The notes: generated by a model not told the origin, from the letters alone. Counted from the stretch's first letter, positions 26,801 to 41,800 are shown. The stretch: DNA of 64,000 bases from Nageia nagi (GCA_050084985.1 JBITNC010000002.1:34038001-34102000); one strand, 5' to 3'. Numbers and translations: made by a program.

Positions 26801-29800
26801 TTGGGGTAATCAATCCCCCTAGCGGAAGGGAGTCACGTCCCTTCATCTGAGGTGTTGGCATTTTTCTCACTACTCCAGGATAGAAAAGAAAAACACCCCA
26901 ACAAGTTATATTGATATCTTATTAAAAAAAGGCAAGCAGCCTCTATGTATGTGTATTGTTTTCATTTCGAACAAAGAGCTAACGTTTTCCTATATATCTC
27001 AGTGTTACTAGCGCTTCATTACACAACTCTAAAAATTCTAGCTATAAAGGAAGAAACTGCACTTTTTATTTGTGGGAGGTTTGGCAGCCATATAGTATAC
27101 CCCAACTAGTCAAGGTCTCACCATCTAGACAAACGTTTTTGTCCTTATTATGTGAGCAGCACCAATGTTTGATACCAACACACTATACAAAGATCACTGT
27201 TTTGTCATGAATATGAATTCAAATTGCTAAATTTGTTTTAGTCAATATGCAGGCAATGGAAACTTACAGAACGGCTGTCATCCTCATGTAACTTTTCAAA
27301 TATTGCTTTTCCGCGAAAAAACCACGACCAAGTGGACTGTATGGTACAATCCCTATACCCAACTCCCTGCAGAATCTTCAGAATATGAGTAAGGGTTGAA
27401 AACTTAAAAGGAACACATAAAGACCAGACGTCAACACAGGAATATTTCACTCTTATCAATTCACATTATTATATCAGTCTATTACATTTGTCCTAATCAT
27501 TATGTTGTAGATAATTCTTCATTTCAAACAACTTCGTAAAAAACTTAAAAACTTGAAAACAAACCATCACAGTGATATTAAAACACAAATAACAAATAAA
27601 AATATGATAGTACTGTTTAACTTCTGAGATGATTCAATTTTGAAAGGAAGTGTGTAACAGGTCAACAAATAGTACATTCCTAATTGAATCTAAGGATGGA
27701 AAGGAATGCCTGATTGGAAATAGAAATAGCACAAATGTCCAACTGCTAAAATTTTGTCAATAACTGTTAAAAGTTCCCCAATTAATGTTAGATCCATATT
27801 ACTTCAGAGCTGGATTTTCTTTATCAAAAAATTTCTTTGTAGATAGCCATTGATGAGCTTTAGAAACTTGAAAATCAAAGGGGATATTTGTATGCCTTGT
27901 AATCTCCCCAGTCTTAATGATTTTTCATTGAGGGTTTACTAATTTAGACAGTTTGGTGTATCATCTTAGAGAATAATTAAGACCTAAAATTTTTCTTTAT
28001 TCAGCATCATTCCAACAACCATTGCAAATTTTGGTCGATCATTGTTGATATTCAAGAGCATCAATTAATATAAGGAACACTACACAGCCAATAGCCACCG
28101 GCCCACCAGTAATCAATGAATCATTTAATGGAATGGACCTGATGGACTACATTAACACAAATTCCTTAAAAGAAATTTGAAGAAAAATGTGTTTTACTGG
28201 GCCAATATATAAAACTTGTCCATCTAGCTCAAATACAATTCACCTTACCTAACAATTGTTATAAATCAGCAAACAAACTGTAACAAAAACAGCAGAAATA
28301 TTAACCAAAAATAACTCAAAGTTTAACATGGAAAACCTTGTCATATGTAAGGGAAAACCATAGGGCAAAAGGAAGCTTTGATCTTTTATTGATTTCAGAG
28401 AACATTACACTTTTCTTATTGTCTCTATTTGTGATACCTCTCGTACAGGCTCTCATGCATACATTTATTAATAGAACAACTGAAAATCTACTATTAGAAC
28501 AGCATTATGTCTAATAATAGAATAATAATACATCTATTCTGTTGTGGAGTAATGTTAGCAAAATCGATGATTAATCACCAAAATCGGGTTGAAATTGGGA
28601 ACAACGGGAAAACAATTTTTTTAGAACCGATTCAAATTTTTTTTATTGATTAGGCAATTTTTTGGATGGAATCCTGATTCCGATTTTTTGAAAAATCCCG
28701 ATTTACTCCCAATTCCTGATGAAAATGTTGGCAATTTTTGAAATGCGGCGACAGTGAGGTTAAAAACATGAAATCTCACTCATTTTTCACATTTCTTCCA
28801 ACCACAAGTTGAGAAGAGCTAAGAAGATTTGGGAAAACAACAATTTCCACGATTTCACCGAGATTCCAACACAACCACAAGTAGGGTATCCATCATATTC
28901 CCAAGAAGTAGAAGAACCAAGGATAGAGCAAAAAATGAGAGATAGAGAAAGGGAAAAGAAAGACAATATAGAATCTAAATAAATGTTTTAATCCAGATTT
29001 TGTTTTGTCAAATTGGAAATCTTTGATGTACTTTGGTCCTTGGACATTCCATAATTAATAAAAACTAAAAACTCTACAATTTCCAATGTTACATTATGTT
29101 TTCACTTGTGTAATATGTTATTTGATATGGAATGTTGCTTTATTTGATATGCAATTTGGAGAAACAACTAATTTTTTTTGTTTCAATGTCAAATTGGGAA
29201 AATTCCTTGGTTTTTCTTATTTGCTCAGATTTTTTTTTCTGATTTTTTGCCTATTCCAATCTGATTCTCGATCAATCCAAATCCTCCAACCCAAAATTCC
29301 TATCCAATTCCGATTCTGATAACTTTGTTGTGGAACATTGGAGATCTAGATATTGACTTCACCTCCTAACATCCTTCCACTTGAAGTCAATATTCAACAA
29401 GTCTTTTCTTATATTTCTCATCCAAGTGTCAATTACCCAATGTTGCCTTCATTACGTTTTAAACAAGCCTAGAAAAGTTATGCACCAATCAAACTTCTCT
29501 CCATAGTAAATAGCAACATTCAATTTGCCCTTTAAGTATTTAAATATCCACTTCTTTGCAGTCCAATGCTCCCTACCTAGATGACAATTCCCACTGCTTG
29601 AGTAATGTCCAATTTGGTGCTCACCATGGCAAACATGAGGCTTCCTATTACTGATGAAATTGTTATATGACACATCCTTGTCTTCTCTTTTTCTGTACTA
29701 GGATTCTTTTCAAAAGACAATCTGATGTGTGGAGGAAGTGGGGTAGTAATTGGTTTCCAATTCTGCAAATTAAAGTGTTGCAAAATAATTTCTCCATATG

Positions 29801-32800
29801 ACTTCTGACTTAACCAAATCTTCCTTCCTATTTTTTCCTTGCGTATCCTCATCCCCGAAATTAAGTTTGCTGCTCTAAAATCCTTCATATCAAATGTCCT
29901 AGCTAGCTGAGCCTTAAGATCATTGATTTTCTTCATGTTAGGGCCTACAACTAGCATATCATCAACATACAACAACAAAATAATGAAACTACTAATAATA
30001 GAATAATAATACATCTATTCTGTTGTGGAGTAATGTTAGCAAAATCGATGATTAATCACCAAAATCGGGTTGAAATTGGGAACAACGGGAAAACAATTTT
30101 TTTAGAACCGATTCAAATTTTTTTTATTGATTAGGCAATTTTTTGGATGGAATCCTGATTCCGATTTTTTGAAAAATCCCGATTTACTCCCAATTCCTGA
30201 TGAAAATGTTGGCAATTTTTGAAATGCGGCGACAGTGAGGTTAAAAACATGAAATCTCACTCATTTTTCACATTTCTTCCAACCACAAGTTGAGAAGAGC
30301 TAAGAAGATTTGGGAAAACAACAATTTCCACGATTTCACCGAGATTCCAACACAACCACAAGTAGGGTATCCATCATATTCCCAAGAAGTAGAAGAACCA
30401 AGGATAGAGCAAAAAATGAGAGATAGAGAAAGGGAAAAGAAAGACAATATAGAATCTAAATAAATGTTTTAATCCAGATTTTGTTTTGTCAAATTGGAAA
30501 TCTTTGATGTACTTTGGTCCTTGGACATTCCATAATTAATAAAAACTAAAAACTCTACAATTTCCAATGTTACATTATGTTTTCACTTGTGTAATATGTT
30601 ATTTGATATGGAATGTTGCTTTATTTGATATGCAATTTGGAGAAACAACTAATTTTTTTTGTTTCAATGTCAAATTGGAAAAATTCCTTGGTTTTTCTTA
30701 TTTGCTCAGATTTTTTTTTTCTGATTTTTTGCCTATTCCAATCTGATTCTCGATCAATCCAAATCCTCCAACCCAAAATTCCTATCCAATTCCGATTCTG
30801 ATAACTTTGTTGTGGAACATTGGAGATCTAGATATTGACTTCACCTCCTAACATCCTTCCACTTGAAGTCAATATTCAACAAGTCTTTTCTTATATTTCT
30901 CATCCAAGTGTCAATTACCCAATGTTGCCTTCATTACGTTTTAAACAAGCCTAGAAAAGTTATGCACCAATCAAACTTCTCTCCATAGTAAATAGCAACA
31001 TTCAATTTGCCCTTTAAGTATTTAAATATCCACTTCTTTGCAGTCCAATGCTCCCTACCTAGATGACAATTCCCACTGCTTGAGTAATGTCCAATTTGGT
31101 GCTCACCATGGCAAACATGAGGCTTCCTATTACTGATGAAATTGTTATATGACACATCCTTGTCTTCTCTTTTTCTGTACTAGGATTCTTTTCAAAAGAC
31201 AATCTGATGTGTGGAGGAAGTGGGGTAGTAATTGGTTTCCAATTCTGCAAATTAAAGTGTTGCAAAATAATTTCTCCATATGACTTCTGACTTAACCAAA
31301 TCTTCCTTCCTATTTTTCCTTGCGTATCCTCATCCCCGAAATTAAGTTTGCTGCTCTAAAATCCTTCATATCAAATGTCCTAGCTAGCTGAGCCTTAAGA
31401 TCATTGATTTTCTTCATGTTAGGGCCTACAACTAGCATATCATCAACATACAACAACAAAATAATGAAACTACTAATAATAGAATAATAATACATCTATT
31501 CTGTTGTGGAGTAATGTTAGCAAAATCGATGATTAATCACCAAAATCGGGTTGAAATTGGGAACAACGGGAAAACAATTTTTTTAGAACCGATTCAAATT
31601 TTTTTTATTGATTAGGCAATTTTTTGGATGGAATCCTGATTCCGATTTTTTGAAAAATCCCGATTTACTCCCAATTCCTGATGAAAATGTTGGCAATTTT
31701 TGAAATGCGGCGACAGTGAGGTTAAAAACATGAAATCTCACTCATTTTTCACATTTCTTCCAACCACAAGTTGAGAAGAGCTAAGAAGATTTGGGAAAAC
31801 AACAATTTCCACGATTTCACCGAGATTCCAACACAACCACAAGTAGGGTATCCATCATATTCCCAAGAAGTAGAAGAACCAAGGATAGAGCAAAAAATGA
31901 GAGATAGAGAAAGGGAAAAGAAAGACAATATAGAATCTAAATAAATGTTTTAATCCAGATTTTGTTTTGTCAAATTGGAAATCTTTGATGTACTTTGGTC
32001 CTTGGACATTCCATAATTAATAAAAACTAAAAACTCTACAATTTCCAATGTTACATTATGTTTTCACTTGTGTAATATGTTATTTGATATGGAATGTTGC
32101 TTTATTTGATATGCAATTTGGAGAAACAACTAATTTTTTTTGTTTCAATGTCAAATTGGAAAAATTCCTTGGTTTTTCTTATTTGCTCAGATTTTTTTTT
32201 TCTGATTTTTTGCCTATTCCAATCTGATTCTCGATCAATCCAAATCCTCCAACCCAAAATTCCTATCCAATTCCGATTCTGATAACTTTGTTGTGGAACA
32301 TTGGAGATCTAGATATTGACTTCACCTCCTAACATCCTTCCACTTGAAGTCAATATTCAACAAGTCTTTTCTTATATTTCTCATCCAAGTGTCAATTACC
32401 CAATGTTGCCTTCATTACGTTTTAAACAAGCCTAGAAAAGTTATGCACCAATCAAACTTCTCTCCATAGTAAATAGCAACATTCAATTTGCCCTTTAAGT
32501 ATTTAAATATCCACTTCTTTGCAGTCCAATGCTCCCTACCTAGATGACAATTCCCACTGCTTGAGTAATGTCCAATTTGGTGCTCACCATGGCAAACATG
32601 AGGCTTCCTATTACTGATGAAATTGTTATATGACACATCCTTGTCTTCTCTTTTTCTGTACTAGGATTCTTTTCAAAAGACAATCTGATGTGTGGAGGAA
32701 GTGGGGTAGTAATTGGTTTCCAATTCTGCAAATTAAAGTGTTGCAAAATAATTTCTCCATATGACTTCTGACTTAACCAAATCTTCCTTCCTATTTTTTC

Positions 32801-35800
32801 CTTGCGTATCCTCATCCCCGAAATTAAGTTTGCTGCTCTAAAATCCTTCATATCAAATGTCCTAGCTAGCTGAGCCTTAAGATCATTGATTTTCTTCATG
32901 TTAGGGCCTACAACTAGCATATCATCAACATACAACAACAAAATAATGAAACTACCATCTTCAAACCTCCTTTAGCATGCACAATGGTTAGCTTCACTTC
33001 TGCTGAAACTTTCACTCTTCATGAAGGTATCAAATTTTTTGTACTACATTATTGGCGCCTGTTTCAAAACATATAGATATTTCTTGAGTTTGCAAACTAA
33101 ATTCTTTTTGCCTCTTTCTTCGTAGCCCTTAGGCTGATCCATAAAAAATCTCTTCCTCGAGATCACCATGCAAGAAAGCAATTTTCACATCAAGCTGCTC
33201 CAACTTTATATTCTATGCTGCAAGTAAAACTCTAATAGTAGTTAGCTTTACAATTGGTGAAAAACAATTTCATTAAAGTCTATACTTGACTTCTGCATTG
33301 TGACGTCCCATTTGGGCCAATGATAAATTATATCATGGCCACTTTGTATTCTAGTGTATGTTCATGTTCATGTTGTACTTGTGTAACTCAAGCAAAAGCT
33401 TACAGTTTTCAGACCCCACTGTGAGCCCAGCAATGGGACATCTCTCCTTGAGTAGTGATGTGTTTGTTGTAATAAGTTATCCTGGATTGTGGGAATCCTA
33501 ATGTGTCAGGTGTACTTCATGGGTAATCCTGGATTGTTGGAATCCCAATGTGTCAGGTGTAGTTCATGGGTAATCTCGGATTGTGGGAATCCCTAGGTAG
33601 ATGTGTGTCATGTATATTCAAAATGCACAAAGGAGCGTGTCAGCGTTGGGAGGGCCCCACATACCTCACGTTGGTTCAGGAGACTTCACAGACCCCCATG
33701 TCAACCCAAGAGGTAATCTGGATCCCACGTCAGCCTTGAGGGTCTTTATGACCCCCACTTTGGCATACTGGGCAAATGGGACCCCCACGTTAGCATACTG
33801 GGCGAATATGACCCCCACGTTGGCACCGTTGACTTGTTGACCCCAACGTTGGAATAGAATTGGCTTGGGATGATAACGAGGCATAACGGGTGTACATGAG
33901 AGACTATATATTGAGGATGGAGCTCCATGATGAGTTTACCACTTATCATATACTTTTTATACCAAACCGAATAAGGCAACCAAGCCTTAGTGATGCTGAG
34001 CAAATATTCCTAGAGGAGTGGTAGGGTTGGGAGCTTGACATTGTACGGCTTAGGTGGGTCACCTAGCCCATCCGGTGGAATTTCGAGGACGAGCTTCTAT
34101 CTTCAATGGTTGCCATAATTCGAGGAGACTCCTTTGCAGGAGGGGATTCGGGTTGCTAAGGGAGTTAGTCAAATCCCATTGTGTGTTTAGCTTCTAACGG
34201 TTTGGAACCCTAGATTTGTGATTGTACGTCCATGGTATCACATTGTCCCTCATAATAAAAGATAGCTGATTGTGTCCCTCATTGTTGTGTTGTTCCAATG
34301 TGTTCATGCGTGAGCCCTTGAGGCATATGTTTGTGTTGTGTATTCCATTGTATTGCATGCGTTGGCTCCATAGCATTGTAGAATCCGTTCATAGATATAT
34401 ACTGGTGTTGGAAGCTTCCGTTTATGTTGTTGTGGCCATACGTTGGTACCGTTGTTGCATTGTGTGCCCTAGAGCGCTAACGTCAAGTTGAGGGTGTGCG
34501 TGGAGACCTTAGGAGGCTCACGTTTGCATTGTGGTGTGTTTGGGTGCCCTAGAGGCCCAACGTTGGGTGTTGAGGGTTGTAGAAGCCCTAGTTTGGTTTG
34601 TTTTTGATTGAGGGTTAATTTGGATCCTGACATGCACATAACCTTTTCCCATCAAGCAAGCTTTATATTCGCTTTCATCTTTGTTCATATCTACTTCAAT
34701 AGGCACAACCTTAGGTGTTTGTTGTTTCTCCTTCCTTTGCATGGATTTTGCATTAACAATAACATCTTGACAAATAATTACATTGCGGGCAATAGGAACT
34801 CACAATTTATTCCCCTTTATTATATCTCCACAGTCGAGAAAAACACAACTTTTACTACTGCATGCAGTAAACCAAACTCTTTTGCTTACCAATAATACAA
34901 TGCTCACACAAGTCTAAATTACAAGACTTAATCCTTGAAAATATTACTACATCTTGAACATTACTAGAAGTTGTTACTGTTGCATGGTTTGTCATTGTAT
35001 CACCACACAAACAATATAGGGTCCCATAAGATTCTTCTTTTGCTACCACAAAGGTTCCTTGGTAATTTTGCAAGAATTAATACCAAAAGCAGTAAGACAC
35101 CCAAGCTTATCAATCATCTTGATGGAAAGCAAATTCTTTTGCAAACCTGGCACATTTCATATATCACACAACATGCTTTCTCTACCATGTCCAACCTAAT
35201 CCTTATGTCCCCTCTTCCCACAATTGCACAAGGATCATGATCACGTAAGTAAACCATCCAACCATTATAAGGTTGATAATTAACAAACTAGTCTCTATGA
35301 GGAGACAGATGGAAATATGCACCTGAGTCCAAAACCTAGATATTTAAAACAGATATATTGTTATTGATACAAAAAGCCTCACATCTTGTCTCTTCTACTA
35401 TACTGGCCTCAGTTGATGGGTATGCTTTTCACCATTCTGCTCCCTTTTCAAATGCCAACAATCTTTTTTGAGTGTCCTGGATTCCCACAATGCCAACAAT
35501 TCCCTTTCTCCTTTTGTCCTTCTGATTCAAATCTCAATTGTGATCTTCCTCACAGCTAGGGCTTCATTGGTAGAGGATTTCAAAGACGAATCTCACCTCA
35601 ACTCTTCTCCCAACAAAGTGGCTACCACATCATCAATATTTAGAGTTCTTGATGATGCATTGTTGATGTTCATCACCAAATGATCCTAGGTGTTTGGAAG
35701 GGAACAAAGCAAAGTGATAGCACAATCTTCATGCTCTATCTTCACATTGATAGAGACTAGTTTACTATATTAGAGTTTTAAACTCATTTAGATGATTTTC

Positions 35801-38800
35801 TTTAGTTGAGCCCTCCATCTTCAAACTATAGATTTGCTTCTTCAAGAAGACCTTGTTCATAGTTGTTTTAGTCTCATACAACTTCTCAAACTTCTCCCAA
35901 AGGGCTTCTACAATCTTCTCTTCAGTAACATTGAACAAGACAAAGTTTGCTAGGTAGAGTCCAATTGTGGAAACCGCCTTCCTATCAAGTTTTGCCCACT
36001 CCTCATTTGTCATGTTGTTGGGCTTACTTGCAACCTCTTACAAAGCTAAGGCTTGGTCGTTTTGAACCAACAAATCCTCCACCTTCATCTTCCATAGGGC
36101 GAAGTTATTGCCATCAAATTTCTCAATCTCGAACTTGGTTACATCTTCTAGTATAGTTACAACTCCCACTCACAGAAAACTCTAACGAGTTTCAAGAGAA
36201 CCTAACATTGATACGAGCTGTTAGAAATTGGCAAGCAAACTGTAAAAATACAACAAAAATAATAATTAGAAATAATATAGAAGTTTAATGTGGAAAACCT
36301 TGTTGTATGCAAGGAAAAACCAGAGGGCAAAAGGCAAATTTGATCTTTTATTAATTTTCGAGAACATTCCACTTTTCTCATTTTCTCTATCTAAGATACC
36401 TCTCATACAAGTTCTGATGCATACCCCTCATGTAGGCTCTCATGCATACCTCTCATGTAGGCTGTCATACACTGTATCAACTACAAGGGGCCATTCCCTC
36501 TTTATATTAAACAAAATAGCCTATCTAAAGATAATGTCTATTAATAGAATATTTATTTATAATGTGTCTAATAATAGAACAGTTGCATATTTATTAATAG
36601 TACATCTATAATAGAACAACATTATATCTAATAATAGAACAGCTGTATATCTATTGATAGAACAACTGAACATTTATTATTAAAACAACAATACATTTAA
36701 TAATAGAACAGCAGTACATCTATTATATTATGGAACATTGGAGATCTAGATATTGACTTCACCTCCTAACAACAATTGGACCAAGTGTATCAGTGGTTGA
36801 TATCTTAAATTTTTTGGCCCTGTGACACAAAAATGCAGTTGTATCACTGTTCATGCATTTATGTTTGGTGTCAGTATGCCACTGTCTCCTTGACTAATAA
36901 GCTTACATTCTCATTGAATTCCACAAACAGAGCATCTCATCTCCTATGTATCACCATACTTCACCAGTAGAAGAAAGCGTATAAGCAAGATCCAGTCACC
37001 ACTTGCAGTCCATAAAGCTCTTCATGTCCTGATACATTCACTTCCTTTCCATGTTCATTTCCTTACAGAGGCTTGCTTCAGCAGTTTGTATTGTCCCTAA
37101 TCTCTATCAAAACATCGATGCAGCAAATCATCACTCAACATGTTGTCAACACTCTTTTATTTGGCTTATGGTATGACTATTTTCATGTGTGCAAATGTTA
37201 ATATGCACTTGTCTACAGCTACCATGCCTTGGATGCTGTACAACAAGGTATGTTCTGTAGATAATATTTTTGTAAAATACATTAGCATTAAGATAATTAC
37301 TAACTCTCCAGCAGGGATCTGCTTTAGGACACTATGGCAATTTCTCTTCAATAACACACTGCAAGAATTACACTATCGCTAGGATTTGAACCCAAGGTCC
37401 TCCCATATCCCAGTTTAGATTGTCCGCTGAGCAACAAATCCTTTTGGCAGGTTCAAGATTTGTATTTATTCCCTTCTGTTTTGGGAAAGATTCTAATTAA
37501 TGTTTGGCTTTTCAACAGGGAATTTGTTTGCTATTTTTTTGGATACAATGGAGTAATATTCTCAATGCTCTCCAAATTAACTACAATTTATTAATATGAG
37601 AGATGATCATATGTACAACCCTTCACTAAATTGATTATTAATAGGTCTTCACATTCACTTCCTCGAACATAGTTTCAAAGGAAATGCAGAATTATTTACT
37701 AGATATTCTAACAAGCTTTCACAATTTCTTTCCCTCAAGTTTCTGCCTTTTGCATTACAATTCCTCTTTTTCCTCACTTCTTTCAGAACATCAACTACTA
37801 ACAAGGAGAGGACCCCAAGAAGGAACATCGTCAGCCAACGTACTAATTTTTTTTTTTTTTTCATGTGACGTTAGTACATGTTGCTTTTCAAAGAAAGGGA
37901 TACAAACATAAAATTCTGGTCGACCAGTTTGGTTAAGAGTTTTTCTCTGTCAACCAATTTGGTTAATGGTTTTTTCTCATGAAAAGTGTAAGTACATTAA
38001 ACAAGGTACCAATTAATACTTATGATTCAAATGTCTTAACTCAATCTCAAGAGCTAATAGAAGATGCTAGGATCAAGAATATATTTCCACAAAAATCCTT
38101 TTCTTACAAAGCATTTGATATCTTGCGGACTAAAACTGGACAACGAGATGTTTACTCATGCCAAACCTGCATGTAGGAATAATTTCACTCTCTACATCAC
38201 GTGTCCACAAAGACCATTCAAGTTGAACAGCTGTTATAGGATGCACAGCATGAGCACGTCTAATGGTATCCACACTGGCTTCAGAGAGCCCAATATATTT
38301 TATCTTTCCCTCTTCTACAAGCTTCTTGAGTTCCCATACCTGAATAAAAGACCAGTATTTGGCTTATAAAATAAGCACAGTGATCAAATTTAAAAAGCAA
38401 AAATAACATATGAAACATGTTATCACCAACAAAAGTTAGATGCTATATTGGAATAAAGAACCCAAACCATAATTTTGATGCTTAATAATCTGATCACAAA
38501 TACTCAAAAGCAAAGAACTGTCAAGGATGTAGAACAAAAGTTTCAAAGAAAAACAAGCCAACGACATTTTCAATGAGAAAGACTGTACAGAATCACAGAT
38601 CTTGAGATGGCAGAGCTTAGAATACTGTGGAAATAGTTGAAGTATTTGGAAAATAGCATATTTGTTCCAACTTCCGATTTCTTAAAAAATCGGGAGTTCA
38701 ACAATTTATTAGCTCTGAATAAAAGAGACTTTCATAAGAATTGAATGGACTGAACAGCTTTGTTAAATTGTGTGTTTATTTGCATAAACATTATCCTACA

Positions 38801-41800
38801 TACAGGATACTGCAGAAGCTTCTCCCATTGTATGGAGACCAAGAAGAGGAGATTGAACTCAAACCATGCAATTGCTTATTATCATGGTTTAATTCAGCAC
38901 CTACATGCAAAGTGGCAGGAAAAAGTAAGATTGGTAATTGAAAATTTGAAAGTCAACTCGTTTCTAGGAATGGGGAATATTAGGTTTTCAATGTTAATAT
39001 AACTCATAAATAGCATGTAATAAATACTCACACAAAGACTCTGAGGATTTATAAATTCAAATGATTCTCTCAAAAGTCACATTATGGTCAATTTCATTTC
39101 AAATGCACTCGTAATTTGATTGTTTATAGTGCAGTTACACTTCCTAAGTATATAAGTTGAGCATGCCTAATATCCCAATTGGGATGCTGCTAATTGTGCC
39201 AACATATGTTCAAGTGACACACTTTTTGTATGAAGGGGATATAGAAAGACCATGAAGTACTCTATGGAGTTCGTCTGGGCTGGCAACCAATTCCATACAG
39301 GCTTTGTTGATCGATAAGAACTTACTTTATTGGTGGACTGATATTGCTTTTTATGATGTAGACTACCACGCATAAGACACCCCTTCCATGAGATTTCAAT
39401 TCAGCAAGTTCAGTTAAACTAAAGTTAAGGATCATACAAGTAGTTTTGTGACCGAATTGAACACAACTTAGACCAGTAAGGGTGAAGATTTTCTAAAGTA
39501 ATACCCACAATATGAAGGCATCCTGAATTTTCATCTCTTCAAATAATTCTTCATACAGAAAGACATGCAATGATGCAAGTGAAATTGCATGCTTTGAATA
39601 CATAGGAGAGTCTCCAACATGGCACATGGTTCACATCAGTTACAAAAGTCCCAGTGTTAGGTATTCACTCTCTTTAATGGACCTAGGCGTTTGGGGTTGT
39701 TGTTCGGTTTCTCAAATGATAGGCTACCTACGCCCCAAGGGGGCTCACCTAGATTCCTAGTGGAAACTCACTCACATCAATCTATGAGACAATTTATAGG
39801 GCTTTCATCTAGACCGCTTGGGTCACTCCCTAGCAACCCCTCATGCCCAAGTTGGCTTACCGTTCACAACATTTTATCCAAATTGACAGAGGGTTGATCC
39901 TCCACCCCGAGTACAACTTGCACCTAACTCTTGGGCTACGGATGTTTCGTGGACAATTCTGGGTTTGCTCACATCAATTGAGGATTGACACAAATCACCA
40001 TCTAACTCGTGACCTATGACTCTGCCATTTGTGCTCACTTGAGAGTAAGTTCGAAGACCAATTCATCTTTTGATGCTTAATTTACTATGAGATCTGCTGC
40101 CAATATCATTGTCTCTCTAAGACTTGCAGAACTCGTTGTCTACCTCCTTCCAGTACTTCGACCAACAGTATGTAGCTCTCTACATCCAAGAGGTCTTTCT
40201 TCTCCGAAGCGTCTCCTATCTCAAACCCAGCACCCGGTGAGACTCTACCATATTACATCCTTCTTTCCTCGATTGAGGGAGCTCATAAGATATGGCGAGA
40301 TGACCCCTCCCCATCCTACACGTTGCCTACAAATCATCCATGCTCCACTGAGGACTTATTGGATCTAATCCTTCTTCATCTGCAAGAACATCTTCACAAA
40401 CACAACCCACAATGACCAACTCTATATATCTTTGACCGTATAGTTGAGACAACTTGAGAGAGCTCGTGCACTCTTGACTTGCAAGGCCCAAGATGGTCCC
40501 TTCTTGATGGTTCTATGCTATGGTTTATTCCTCTCTTAGGTTTTGACCCCTTTATTGTATCATTTTAGTTGGGTTTATTTTTATTTTACTTTACTCTAGC
40601 ATTAGGGTGGACCTTGTAGGGGCCTTGCTTGTTACTTGACCATGCTTGCACATTCTAGTCCCATTGACCACTTTTGATCACCCATGAACATTAATATATT
40701 TCTTTCTTCCTTTCTCTTGAGCAATTTGCAAATACCATTTGCAAGAAAGGGCAACAGTAAATTAGTAATATAATTAAATGTGACATTTCCTCTCTTGATT
40801 ATACATTGTTACATAAATATCATACAATATTGTAAAAAATTAAATAGAAAATCATATGAACAAAATTGACTAGATTTATATTACAATGCATGTTAAATGA
40901 AAAACTTACAGTTTCTTCTATTGGAACTGTAGTATCGACACGATGCTGGTAATAAAGATCGACGTATTCTACATCAAGACGCTTCAAACTCTCCTCACAA
41001 GCTTTTCTTACATAGTCTGATGAACCTTTAACTTCCATGACACCATCTATCATAACATGACCAAACTTAGTAGCAAGTTGAACTTTCTCACGAGGCAACC
41101 TTTTCACGGCCTGTTGAGGAGAAAAAGAAAAACATAAGTTATATAAACATTCAACAAAGAGGGAATGTTATTGTCTTCTTTTAATTTTCTTAAACTCCAC
41201 TCCTCTTCAGAGATAACACTTCTCATAGGATGAATACCCAGGATCTAAGAACAATTTGTTCTGCATCATTGTCATCGTCATTTACTTTCTCCCAGCCCTT
41301 TAAAATTGCATAAGTATAACAATATTGTGTAAGAAAAAAAAGTCAAGAAAAATAGAGCATGGCTAACTCAGTATTTGCAGTTGGTGAGAGGTTTTGTCTG
41401 TTCATGTAAAAAAATGATATTTGAATTTACTTTTTTGTAAAAACATGTTTTATAGCAGGTAGCAATAACAAATAAATAAATTTTAAGTTGCTATTCTCGA
41501 AAAGCACCAAGTAAATAAGAATATGGTAAGTAGAAGTTCACAGAAATTCACATAGGAAGTACATATAAAGGAGTGTGCATTTTATTATGGAATATTACAA
41601 AGTTCTACTATTCATACATCATTTGCATAGCAGGATAAGATCATCACACTAGATTTTAATACAATAATTACAGAGCCAAAAAGCATGGTAAGATATCAAC
41701 TTTAAATATATATGGCTCATTTGGTGGTTGCAAACTTGTAATGACATATGGTAGGATGGATTGTACTAAATAGAAAGAAAGAAATATATTTAATGTCCAC

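Larger units (their letters stand above)
28257..36771 (-). mobile_element. Ty1/Copia (Tork/Tnt1-like) element with both LTRs and TSD, internally deleted, carrying nested insertions
   Basis: LTRs 36219-36771 (5') and 28257-29371 (3', MITE-interrupted), both TGTTA...CCTAACA; 5-bp TSD ACAAT at 28252-28256 and 36772-36776. Degenerate Met-PBS next to 36219 and PPT next to 29371. gag [15 protein letters not shown], knuckle [14 protein letters not shown], protease [28 protein letters not shown]; integrase core and most of RNase H missing. Confidence 0.95.

Noticed and set aside
18039-27313. The two AKR frameshifts as mutually compensating or programmed frameshifting
   Set aside because: Both are -1 (net -2), the shifted frame stops in exon 6, and no slippery heptamer with a downstream structure is evident.
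33691-33852. 30-bp periodic repeats as a CRISPR-like array
   Set aside because: Head-to-tail diverged tandem units without unique spacers, inside a plant LTR; no cas genes and a eukaryotic context.
37380-37449. A and B boxes as a tRNA gene
   Set aside because: No acceptor-stem pairing or cloverleaf; followed by an unrelated body and A tail, so called a SINE.
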